From an uncultured Actinomycetes bacterium (GTDB taxonomy: Bacteria > Actinomycetota > Actinomycetes > Nanopelagicales > Nanopelagicaceae), in NCBI GenBank assembly GCA_903918325.1, contig CAIXDY010000035.1, positions 1 through 37,561 of the forward strand: 37,561 nt of DNA, written 5' to 3'. A program made the position numbers and the translations under genes. The notes beneath the pieces were generated by a model. The model worked only from the letters and a program-made list of their open reading frames with translations, was not told where the DNA came from and ran no database searches. Below, piece after piece: positions 26,274 through 35,420 of the stretch. The stretch's first letter is position 1; each line of letters opens with the position of its first letter.

Positions 26274-29200
26274 AAATTTTAATTTCTAGACCAAATTCTC
26301 CATCAACAATTTCAATCGTTGAATCTTGAACCATGCTCACAGCAAGTACTTCATCCTTGATATGGGCATCATCGGAAGCGATGGCTTGTGTGATTTCGGC
26401 TGAGGCATTCCAGGACACATTGATGCGATCTGAAATTTCGAAGCCGTCACTCTTTCGTCGTTCCTGAATGAATCGAATTACCTCACGGACAAGGCCCGCA
26501 GTAAGTAACGCCGGGGTGAGCTCTAGATCCAGGGCAACGCTCTCACCCTCATGGGATGCAACCATCCATCCTGACTTAGGCACTTCAGTGACAACTAGAT
26601 CTTCAAGCGAGATTTCCCAGGTACCCACAGTTGTCGTACCACTGGCACGCAACGTTTTTACTAAGGCAGTTGCATCACTTGTTGCAATAGCTTTAGCAAT
26701 CTCTTGAACTGCGCCACCAAATTTTGCGCCTAGCGATTTGAAGTTAGCTTTAATGGAGATATCAACTAAATCACCATCGGCATCGGCAATGTCTTGCAAG
26801 TTAATGACATTGAGTTCATCGGCAATTTGTTCACGCATTTCTACGGGCAATGCCGACCAACCGCTAGCTGCAATAAGCGCGCGTCCTAAAGGTTGACGAA
26901 TTTTGATTCCAGATTCTGCACGTGATGCACGACCGAGTTCAACGATTCGACGAGTAAGAGCAACTTGTTCGCCCAGTGTGCGGTTCATTGCCGCAGCATT
27001 AGCAACTGGGAAATCAGACAAATGTACGGATGCAACTGCCTTTGCATCGGCTGGAATAACTAACTCTTGCCACACTTGTTCGGTGATAAATGGAACCATG
27101 GGCGAAAGTAATTGAGTGAGCGTTACTAAGCATTCATGCAAAGTTGCTAAAGCGCTTACATCGCCATCCCAGAATCTGCGGCGAGAACGACGCACGTACC
27201 AGTTAGAAAGATCATCAATGAAGCGGGCTAGCGCACGACCAGCTACTTGTGAATCGAAATCAGTGAGCGCTGCGTCGACTTCTTCGATCAGCAGGTTTAA
27301 TTCAGAGATGATCCAGCGATCCATGAGTGGACGATCGGCAAGTTGTGGACTCTGACTTAATTCGAAATTTGACGCATGTGCATAGAGAGCATGGAATGAC
27401 ACGGTATTCCAGTACGTCAATAAAGTTTTGCGTACAACTTCATTAATCGCTTCGTGACCTACGCGGCGTGCAGCCCAAGGGGAACCCGCAGCCAACATGT
27501 ACCAACGCACAGCATCAGCCCCGTGCTGATCCATCAGCGCCATTGGCTCCAACACATTGCCCAAGTGCTTACTCATTTTGCGGCCATCTTTATCCAAAAT
27601 ATGTCCAAGGCAGAGCACGGTTTTGTACGAGGATTTATCAAATACCAAAGTTCCAATAGTCATTAATGTGTAGAACCAACCGCGAGTCTGGTCGATAGCT
27701 TCGCAAATGAAGTCGGCTGGGTAAGACTCTTTAAATTTTTCTACCGAACCCTCTTTATGCGGATAACCCCATTGGGCAAAAGGCATTGCGCCAGAGTCAT
27801 ACCAACAGTCAATTACTTCTGGAACGCGCACCATTGTTGAGTCACACTCTTTGCAAGGAAAAGTGATGTCATCAACGAAGGGACGATGGGGATCAAGGTT
27901 TGAAAGTTCCTTGCCCGCTAATTGACCTAATTCAGCTAATGAATCTATGCAAATTTCATGTTTGTTGTCGCAATGCCAAATTGGAAGCGGAGTTCCCCAA
28001 AAGCGATTTCGAGATAAAGCCCAATCGATATTGTTATTGAGCCAGTCACCGTAGCGGCCTTCTTTGATAGTTTCTGGATGCCAATCCGTTGCCGCATTTT
28101 CACGCAGCAATGCATCTTTAATAGAAGTAGTGCGGATGTACCACGATGGTTGTGCGTAATACATCAAAGGGGTGTGGCATCGCCAGCAATGAGGATAGGT
28201 GTGTTCGTACGGTTGATGCTTGTATAAAACTCCACGAGCTTTCAACTCTTTAACCAGAGTTTTATCGGCTTCTTTAAAAAACATTCCGCCTACAACTGGA
28301 ACATCGGCTAAGAAATGACCATCAGGTGCAATTGGATTCACTACCGGCAATCCATATGCACGGCACACTTGTAAGTCATCGGCACCAAATGCGGGGGATT
28401 GGTGAACTAATCCAGTTCCATCTTCAGTTGTGACATAGGTGGCTAACACTACGAAATGTGAATCAGGGATTTCTACAAAATCGAAGGGACGCTTATACGT
28501 AATTCGCTCTAAATCCTTACCCAACATTTTCTTAAGGATTTTCTTTTCGCCCTTCACGCTTTCAATAAGAGCTTCGGCTACAACCAATACTTCTGAAACT
28601 TCATCCACGGTTACTTCAACGGCCACATAATCAACATCTGGGTGCACAGCAATGGCGGTATTAGAAACTAAAGTCCATGGTGTTGTAGTCCAAACAAGCA
28701 GTGAAGCATTGAGCGAAACTAAATCACCTGAAGTAACGGGGAAGCGAACATAGACAGATGGGTCAACAACGCTCTCGTAACCTTGAGCTAACTCGTGATC
28801 TGAAAGCCCAGTTCCGCATCGAGGGCAATATGGTGCAACGCGGTGATCTTGTACGAGTAAACCCTTTTTCCAAATCTCTTTAAGTGACCACCACACACTT
28901 TCAACATATTCAGGCGACATAGTCCAATAAGCCTGATCGAAATCCACCCAAAAACCCATGCGGTCAGTCATGTCGGTAAATGCGCTGACGTGACGTTGTA
29001 CTGATTGGCGACACTTGTCGTTGAAAGCTGCGATTCCATATTTCTCGATATCGCCTTTACCCGCAAAACCTAATTCTTTTTCAACGGCAATTTCAACGGG
29101 CAAACCATGACAATCCCAACCAGCTTTGCGGATTACATGTTTACCTTTCATCGTGTGAAAACGAGGAAAGACATCTTTAAATACACGGGCTTCAATGTGG

Positions 29201-29373
29201 TGAGTTCCCGGCATTCCATTTGCAGTTGGTGGACCTTCATAAAACATCCATGCCGGTGCGCCTTCTCGGGCCGATACGGTTTTTTCAAAAATTTGGTTAT
29301 CGCGCCAGAATTTTAAAATCTCATGTTCGACGGCAGGTAGATCTACCGCTGCAGCAATTGCGCGAAATGACAT
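26260..29373 (-). CDS. ileS: Isoleucine--tRNA ligase, type 2 (IleRS2)
   Basis: EGPPTANG, GWDCHGLP, WTTTPWTL, GTGLVH, DWALSRNRFWGTPLP, DQTRGWFY, KMSKH and SNWYVR. The long C-terminus with REVIRFIQERRK and no C-terminal Zn finger indicates type 2. Confidence 0.97.
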   Translation of the reverse strand: MSFRAIAAAVDLPAVEHEILKFWRDNQIFEKTVSAREGAPAWMFYEGPPTANGMPGTHHIEARVFKDVFPRFHTMKGKHVIRKAGWDCHGLPVEIAVEKELGFAGKGDIEKYGIAAFNDKCRQSVQRHVSAFTDMTDRMGFWVDFDQAYWTMSPEYVESVWWSLKEIWKKGLLVQDHRVAPYCPRCGTGLSDHELAQGYESVVDPSVYVRFPVTSGDLVSLNASLLVWTTTPWTLVSNTAIAVHPDVDYVAVEVTVDEVSEVLVVAEALIESVKGEKKILKKMLGKDLERITYKRPFDFVEIPDSHFVVLATYVTTEDGTGLVHQSPAFGADDLQVCRAYGLPVVNPIAPDGHFLADVPVVGGMFFKEADKTLVKELKARGVLYKHQPYEHTYPHCWRCHTPLMYYAQPSWYIRTTSIKDALLRENAATDWHPETIKEGRYGDWLNNNIDWALSRNRFWGTPLPIWHCDNKHEICIDSLAELGQLAGKELSNLDPHRPFVDDITFPCKECDSTMVRVPEVIDCWYDSGAMPFAQWGYPHKEGSVEKFKESYPADFICEAIDQTRGWFYTLMTIGTLVFDKSSYKTVLCLGHILDKDGRKMSKHLGNVLEPMALMDQHGADAVRWYMLAAGSPWAARRVGHEAINEVVRKTLLTYWNTVSFHALYAHASNFELSQSPQLADRPLMDRWIISELNLLIEEVDAALTDFDSQVAGRALARFIDDLSNWYVRRSRRRFWDGDVSALATLHECLVTLTQLLSPMVPFITEQVWQELVIPADAKAVASVHLSDFPVANAAAMNRTLGEQVALTRRIVELGRASRAESGIKIRQPLGRALIAASGWSALPVEMREQIADELNVINLQDIADADGDLVDISIKANFKSLGAKFGGAVQEIAKAIATSDATALVKTLRASGTTTVGTWEISLEDLVVTEVPKSGWMVASHEGESVALDLELTPALLTAGLVREVIRFIQERRKSDGFEISDRINVSWNASAEITQAIASDDAHIKDEVLAVSMVQDSTIEIVDGEFGLEIKISKAG

Positions 29374-29380
29374 AAAAAAT

Positions 29381-29552
29381 CCTCCACGAGTAAGTCCTAC
29401 CTCTGGAGGGACGTGACCTGCTGGCGCAGATCTCGCGGTACCACCCGCCTTGCGTGAAATTCACGCCACTTGTAACCCTTGCAGTTGGTTCTAGATGAGT
29501 TTGCACTCATTTCTTCCAACAAGCTCGTGAGGTGATGGCCCCGTCAACGCCT
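29381..29552 (-). ncRNA. Translational T-box riboswitch (ileS, ultrashort stem I)
   Basis: Minus strand: stem I GCGUUGACGGGG-CCAUCA-CCUCACGAGC with Ile specifier AUC (29534-29536); T-box GGGUGGUACCGCG (29434-29446) with 3' partner CGUCCC; anti-SD CCUCC (29405-29409) complementary to SD GGAGG (29381-29385). A -10 TACGAT lies at 29570-29575. Confidence 0.93.
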
Positions 29553-29646
29553 AATTGTGCAAGGGCTCAATCGTATCGTCTAAGTAGAGGAAAAATCGCC
29601 GTGGCGTAATTGGTAACGGCCCCATATTGGCAATAAGGTTCGCGAC

Positions 29647-30438
29647 ATGCCTAAGAAGCCCGTCAAAAAAGCTGCAGCCAAAAAGGCTCCTGCAAAAAAG
29701 GCTCCTGCTAAAAAGGCTCCAGCAAAAAAGGCGCCGGCCAAGAAAGCGGCAGTAAAAAAAGCTCCGGCAAAGAAATCTGTAGCCACAAAGGCTCCTGCTA
29801 AAAAGGCAGCTATTAAAAAGGCTACGGTAAAAAGCATTCCAGTTAAAAAAGCTCCAGGTAAGCCATTCCCGTCCAAAACAACTTTGACCGTTGATGAGAA
29901 ATCCCAAACGGTTTCGGTCTCCACCATCACCGCGCCAGTTACCGCGCCAGTCGTTGAAGAACGCCGACTGGTGATGCCACCACCACCGCGCCCTACCAAG
30001 AGTGGGAAAAAAATTGCTCCACTGAAGCCAATTAAAGTTGCACCAACGCCAATCGTTGTCAGCGACTCTGAATCGCCGTGGACTGCGGCTGAATTAAAAA
30101 GTATTCGCACCGAAATTTCAAAAGAATTAGATCGTCTGCGGGTAGAGCTTGCAAAAGTTGAAGTTGAAATGGATTCATTGATTCAAGAATCTGGCGAAGG
30201 TGCTGGTGATGACCAGGCCGATGCTGGAACAAAAACTTTTGAACGCGAACATGAAATGTCCCTCGTTATAAATGCACGTGACATGGTCTTACAAACCGAG
30301 CGTGCCCTTGATCGAATTGATTCAAAGACCTACGGAAACTGCGAAGAATGCGGAAGTGCAATTGGAAAGGCTCGCTTACAGGTATTTCCTCGAGCCACTT
30401 TGTGCATGCTCTGCAAGCAGAAGGAAGAACGGCGCTAG
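29647..30438 (+). CDS. DksA/TraR C4 zinc-finger protein with N-terminal histone H1-like PAKKA repeats (DdbA-like)
   Basis: Lys/Ala/Pro repeats in residues about 1-75, a Pro-rich linker, a coiled coil with a DDQAD tip, and the Zn finger CEEC...CMLC. Confidence 0.9.
   Translation: MPKKPVKKAAAKKAPAKKAPAKKAPAKKAPAKKAAVKKAPAKKSVATKAPAKKAAIKKATVKSIPVKKAPGKPFPSKTTLTVDEKSQTVSVSTITAPVTAPVVEERRLVMPPPPRPTKSGKKIAPLKPIKVAPTPIVVSDSESPWTAAELKSIRTEISKELDRLRVELAKVEVEMDSLIQESGEGAGDDQADAGTKTFEREHEMSLVINARDMVLQTERALDRIDSKTYGNCEECGSAIGKARLQVFPRATLCMLCKQKEERR
29665..29862 (+). repeat. Degenerate 15-bp coding repeats (KKAPA)n
   Basis: Tandem AAAAAGGCTCCWGCW-like units with synonymous third-position variation. Confidence 0.85.
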
Positions 30439-30440
30439 CA

Positions 30441-30923
30441 GTGCGCGTATGGCGCACACTCTTAGGTGTTGCCCTGTTGGTTTGGACCACCGATGTAGCC
30501 ACGAAGATTTGGGCAGTTAACTCACTTTCACATCGTGGCGCAGTCAAAATTATTGGTTCATTCTTTCAACTCAACTTTGTTCGCAATTCTGGTGCTGCAT
30601 TTTCATTTGCACCGGGTGCGACGCTTTTTCTCTCAATCTTTGGAATAGTAATTCTGCTCGGCATTGCTTATTACGCAGTTTCACTCACCTCGAAAGGGTG
30701 GGCGCTGGTTTTAGGGCTGGTTATGGGTGGAATCTTGGGCAACCTCACTGATCGAATTTTTCGTGAGCCTGGATTATTGCGCGGCCATGTCATCGATTGG
30801 TTGCAGCTTCCGCACTGGCCTATTTTCAATATCGCCGATTCTGCCATCGTAATTGCAGCAGTAATATCAATGGTACTTTCAGCAAGAAATATTTCACCTA
30901 TTACTAAAAATGAGTTGATATGA
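30441..30923 (+). CDS. lspA: Lipoprotein signal peptidase II
   Basis: D-x-x-TK, RNSGAAFS, GNLTDR, VIDW and FNIAD. Probable GTG start at 30441. Confidence 0.94.
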   Translation: MRVWRTLLGVALLVWTTDVATKIWAVNSLSHRGAVKIIGSFFQLNFVRNSGAAFSFAPGATLFLSIFGIVILLGIAYYAVSLTSKGWALVLGLVMGGILGNLTDRIFREPGLLRGHVIDWLQLPHWPIFNIADSAIVIAAVISMVLSARNISPITKNELI

Positions 30924-31861
30924 GCGAACGTGAACAACGTACTTTGTCAGTGCCAGAAGGCGTGGCCGGCGAACGTATTGATAGCGCGCTAACACGTGTA
31001 CTTGGCCTTTCACGTACGGCCGTAGTTAAGTTGCTTGATGACGGCGATATAACAACTTCGGGCAAAGCAATGAGTAAATCCGATCGAGTAGCCGCCAATC
31101 AAATTATTGAAGTTTTGATGCCAGCCCCTATTAATCAAGATCCTATTCCGTTGACACCACTAGAAGGTCTAACAATTGTTTACGATGATGATGCCATTGT
31201 TGTAATAGATAAACCTGTGGGATGTGCTGCGCACCCAAGCCCGGGATGGATGGGACCAACCGTTGTTGGCGCACTTATGGCAGCCGGATATTCAATTTCT
31301 ACAAGTGGTGCAGCCGAACGCCAAGGAATTGTTCATCGATTAGATGTTGGAACCAGCGGATTGATGATTGTTGCCAAAAGCGATCGCGCTTTCACTGTCC
31401 TCAAAGATGCTTTTAGAAATCGGAGCGTTGACAAGGTTTATCATGCATTAATTCAAGGTCACATGGATCCGACTAATGGAACTATCGATGCACCAATTGA
31501 TCGACACCCAAAAGAGGATCATCGTTTTGCTGTTGTTGCTACAGGCAAAGATTCCATAACGCATTATGAGGTTATCGAGTTTTATCGTGGTGTCTCACTT
31601 GTAAAAGTAGAGTTAGAAACTGGTCGCACACATCAAATACGTGTGCATTTCTCAGCGCTCAATCATCCGTTAGTTGGCGATACAACCTATGGCGCAGATC
31701 CGGTTCTAGCGAAATCCCTTGAGATGCGACGCCCGTGGCTGCATGCCAAAGAGCTCGCCTTCGCGCATCCCATAACTGGCCAGGCCATGAGATTTACCTC
31801 GGAGTACCCAGCCGATCTCACACGCTCATTGGCGTTGCTATCTGATGCAGTTCTGCCTTAA
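30920..31861 (+). CDS. rluD: RluA-family pseudouridine synthase with S4 domain (RluD-like)
   Basis: GERIDxxL S4 domain, DKPVG, GIVHRLDVGTSG, LETGRTHQIRVH and LHA. Confidence 0.9.
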   Translation: MSEREQRTLSVPEGVAGERIDSALTRVLGLSRTAVVKLLDDGDITTSGKAMSKSDRVAANQIIEVLMPAPINQDPIPLTPLEGLTIVYDDDAIVVIDKPVGCAAHPSPGWMGPTVVGALMAAGYSISTSGAAERQGIVHRLDVGTSGLMIVAKSDRAFTVLKDAFRNRSVDKVYHALIQGHMDPTNGTIDAPIDRHPKEDHRFAVVATGKDSITHYEVIEFYRGVSLVKVELETGRTHQIRVHFSALNHPLVGDTTYGADPVLAKSLEMRRPWLHAKELAFAHPITGQAMRFTSEYPADLTRSLALLSDAVLP

Positions 31862-31880
31862 GCAATAATCTACGTCCACC

Positions 31881-34800
31881 ATGTCTGAGAAAAACTTCGT
31901 ACACCTTCACGTTCACACCGAGTATTCGATGCTCGATGGTGCAGCGCGGGTTCCAGATTTAATGGCCGAGGTTGCACGCCAAGAAATGCCAGCTATTGCA
32001 ATGACCGATCATGGAAATGTTTTCGGAGCTTATGAATTTTATAAGCAAGCAAAAAAAGTTGGTGTTAAACCAATTATTGGAATTGAAGCCTATGTCGCGC
32101 CTGAATCACGTTTTGATAAAAAGCGTGTGCAATGGGCAAGCGGTGGCGAAGACGACGTCTCTGGTGGTGGCGCATACACGCACATGACGATCTTGGCTGA
32201 AAATAATGTTGGTCTTGGAAATCTTTTTCGCCTCTCATCCCTTGCCTCACTTGAAGGTTATTACTACAAACCGCGAATGGATCGCGAACTTTTATCCAAG
32301 TATGCAACTGGATTAATCGCAACAACGGGTTGCCCGGGCGGCGAAATTCAAACTCGTTTGCGCATGGGGGCATACAAAGAAGCCATTAAGGCAGCAAGTG
32401 ATTACCGCGATATTTTTGGCGAAGGCAATTTCTATCTTGAAGTAATGGACCATGGAATCGAGATTGAAAGCCGAGTCAAAAGTGATCTACTCAAGCTAGG
32501 CAAAGAACTTGGTTTACCGTTGCTGGCAACAAATGATCTTCACTACACATTGCAATCAGATGCTGGTGCACATGAAGCGTTATTGTGCGTTCAGTCTGGT
32601 TCGACGCTAGCGGATCCTAAGCGCTTCAAGTTTGATAACGATTCTTTCTACGTAAAAACCGCGGCCCAAATGCGCGAACTATTCAAAGAGATTCCTGAAA
32701 GCTGCGATAACACCTTGCTCATTGCCCAACGCTGCGATGTAACAATGCGCGAAGGCGAAAACTTGTTGCCACAATTCACGGTACCAGCCGGTGAGACTGA
32801 AGATTCATGGCTAAAGAAAGAAGCCATCACCGGAATGAAAAACCGTTTAGGTGCAAAACTCACCCCAACACATGAAGCCCGATTGGAATATGAACTGGGC
32901 GTAATGGAAAAGATGGGATTTCCGGGTTACTTCCTTGTAGTTGCCGACTTAGTTGGACACGCAAAAAAAGTTGGAATTCGTGTTGGTCCAGGCCGTGGTT
33001 CGGCGGCCGGTTCCCTTGTTGCATATTCACTTGGTATTACTGGTCTTGATCCACTCGAACATGGTTTGTTGTTTGAGCGCTTCTTAAATCCAGAACGTAT
33101 TTCAATGCCCGATATTGATCTAGATTTCGACGAACGCCGTCGCAGCGAAATGATTCGTTATGCCACCAATAAATATGGTGAAGACCGAGTCGCGCAGATC
33201 ATTACTTACGGAACTATTAAATCTAAACAAGCCATCAAGGATTCAACACGAGTACTCGGTTATCCATACGTTATTGGTGAAAAACTTACTAAGGCATTAC
33301 CACCATCAGTAATGGGTAAAGATATTTCTTTAGGGGGAGTCTTTGATCCAAAAGATGATCGATACGGTGAAGCGGGAGAATTTCGCTCACTGTATGAATC
33401 TGATCCTGATTCAAAGCGGGTAGTAGATACTGCGCGAGGATTGGAAGGCCTCAAGCGTCAATGGGGTGTTCACGCTGCCGGTGTAATTCTTTCGCGTGAA
33501 CCGTTGTTAGATGTAATTCCAATCCATAGACGTGAAGCCGACGGCGCAATCATTACCCAGTTTGATATGGGAGCTTGTGAATCAATTGGCCTACTCAAGA
33601 TGGACTTTTTGGGCCTTCGAAACCTTTCCGTTCTAGATGATGCACTTATTAATATCAAGGAAAATCAAGGCATTGAAGTTGTGCTTGAAGATTTAACCCT
33701 TGATGATAAAAAAACTTATGAACTCTTATCGCGCGGTGACACATTAGGCGTATTCCAACTCGATGGTGGGCCTATGCGCGCACTGCTGAAGTCAATGTCG
33801 CCCGACTCTTTCGAAGATATTTCAGCGGTTATCGCGCTTTATCGTCCGGGACCAATGGGTGAAAATGCTCATAATAACTATGCCGATCGAAAAAATAATC
33901 GTAAACCGGTCGAACCAATTCACCCAGAATTATCTGAACCTTTGCAGGAAATTTTGGGCGATACGTATGGACTCATTGTTTACCAAGAGCAGGTAATGGC
34001 AATTGCACAAAAAGTTGCTGGTTTCTCCCTTGGTCGCGCAGATCTGCTGCGTAAAGCTATGGGTAAGAAAAATAAAGATATTTTGGACAAGGAATACATT
34101 CCTTTCGAGGCTGGCATGCAAGCAAATGGATTTTCAACTGCAGCAATAAAGCGCCTCTGGGATGTTTTGATTCCATTCTCAGATTACGCATTCAACCGTG
34201 CGCACTCTGCAGGTTATGGCGTGGTCTCTTATTGGACGGCATATCTAAAAGCTAACTATCCAACGGAGTACATGGCAGCGTTGCTAACAAGTGTTCGCGA
34301 TGACAAAGATAAGTCAGCCTTGTATTTGAGTGAGTGTCGCCGCATGGGTATTAAGGTTTTGCCACCAGATGTCAATGAGTCCAATGGTGAATATACCCCG
34401 CGCGAAAAAGATATCCGTTTTGGTTTAGCGGCAATCCGAAATGTTGGCGAAGGTGTTGTTGCTTCAATTAAAGCTTCACGCGAAAATAAGGGTCGTTTCA
34501 CTTCTTTTGGTGATTTCTTAGCCAAAGTAGATGCGCAAGTGTGCAATAAGAAAACAATTGAATCCCTGATTAAAGCTGGAGCATTTGGTTCACTCGGTGC
34601 AACACGTAAAGGTTTGGTGGCTATCCATTTAGAAGCAATTGACTCGGTCATTGAAAGTAAGCGGGCTGAAGCCATTGGCCAATTTGATCTTTTTGGTGGC
34701 GAGGCAGTTACCGAACTCTCTGGTTTGGATATTGAAATCCCAGCAGGTGAGTGGGATAAATCAATGCTGCTCAGTTATGAGCGCGAAATGTTAGGCCTAT

Positions 34801-35378
34801 ATGTATCGGATCATCCACTGCTTGGTGTCGAACATGTCTTGCGTGCAAACACGGATATGTCCATCAGTGAATTAGTTGATGAAGGTGCTCAGCATGAATC
34901 AATTGTCACAATTGGTGGCTTAATCACAAGTGTTACACGCAAAGTTTCCAGACAGGGTGCATCGTGGGCAGTAGTCACCGTTGAAGATCTTGAAGGTTCC
35001 CTTGAAGTTCTATTTTTCTCTAATACCTACAACCAATACTCAATGTCACTAACTGAAGATCGAATTGTCACTGTGAGAGGTCGCGTAGATCGTCGCGAAG
35101 AGAATTTGCGTTTCACCGCACTTGAAATGTCGATGCCTGACATTTCCGCCGGCCCAACTGGACCGCTAGTTATTTCATTGCCAATGTCGCAGTGCACACC
35201 ACCAGTTGTTGATCGGATTAAAGAGATTTTGAGATCGCACCCAGGAAAACGTGAAGTTCATCTTTCACTTGGTGAAAACGGAAGCAATACCGTGATGAAA
35301 ATTGATGCATCCGTCACAGCATCACCATCGTTGAGCGCGGATCTTAAATCTATTCTTGGCCCTAACTGCCTCGTATAA
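31881..35378 (+). CDS. dnaE1: Replicative DNA polymerase III alpha subunit with intact PHP proofreading site
   Basis: HLHVHTEYSMLDG, TDHGN, GIE, YTH, TGC and NDLHY (PHP ligands); GRGSAAGS, PDIDLDF and KMD; clamp motif QFDLF; no intein seen. Confidence 0.97.
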   Translation: MSEKNFVHLHVHTEYSMLDGAARVPDLMAEVARQEMPAIAMTDHGNVFGAYEFYKQAKKVGVKPIIGIEAYVAPESRFDKKRVQWASGGEDDVSGGGAYTHMTILAENNVGLGNLFRLSSLASLEGYYYKPRMDRELLSKYATGLIATTGCPGGEIQTRLRMGAYKEAIKAASDYRDIFGEGNFYLEVMDHGIEIESRVKSDLLKLGKELGLPLLATNDLHYTLQSDAGAHEALLCVQSGSTLADPKRFKFDNDSFYVKTAAQMRELFKEIPESCDNTLLIAQRCDVTMREGENLLPQFTVPAGETEDSWLKKEAITGMKNRLGAKLTPTHEARLEYELGVMEKMGFPGYFLVVADLVGHAKKVGIRVGPGRGSAAGSLVAYSLGITGLDPLEHGLLFERFLNPERISMPDIDLDFDERRRSEMIRYATNKYGEDRVAQIITYGTIKSKQAIKDSTRVLGYPYVIGEKLTKALPPSVMGKDISLGGVFDPKDDRYGEAGEFRSLYESDPDSKRVVDTARGLEGLKRQWGVHAAGVILSREPLLDVIPIHRREADGAIITQFDMGACESIGLLKMDFLGLRNLSVLDDALINIKENQGIEVVLEDLTLDDKKTYELLSRGDTLGVFQLDGGPMRALLKSMSPDSFEDISAVIALYRPGPMGENAHNNYADRKNNRKPVEPIHPELSEPLQEILGDTYGLIVYQEQVMAIAQKVAGFSLGRADLLRKAMGKKNKDILDKEYIPFEAGMQANGFSTAAIKRLWDVLIPFSDYAFNRAHSAGYGVVSYWTAYLKANYPTEYMAALLTSVRDDKDKSALYLSECRRMGIKVLPPDVNESNGEYTPREKDIRFGLAAIRNVGEGVVASIKASRENKGRFTSFGDFLAKVDAQVCNKKTIESLIKAGAFGSLGATRKGLVAIHLEAIDSVIESKRAEAIGQFDLFGGEAVTELSGLDIEIPAGEWDKSMLLSYEREMLGLYVSDHPLLGVEHVLRANTDMSISELVDEGAQHESIVTIGGLITSVTRKVSRQGASWAVVTVEDLEGSLEVLFFSNTYNQYSMSLTEDRIVTVRGRVDRREENLRFTALEMSMPDISAGPTGPLVISLPMSQCTPPVVDRIKEILRSHPGKREVHLSLGENGSNTVMKIDASVTASPSLSADLKSILGPNCLV

Positions 35379-35420
35379 ATTTACGCACCCCACGCTAGAG
35401 CCAACCGTTACAATTTGACG

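Noticed and set aside
29321-29506. 61-aa ORF as an ileS leader peptide
   Set aside because: The T-box explains the region, and the ORF has no Ile-codon cluster.
29551-30110. Antisense ORFs with AFFAG/FLAG repeats
   Set aside because: They are reverse-complement artefacts of the KKAPA coding repeats.
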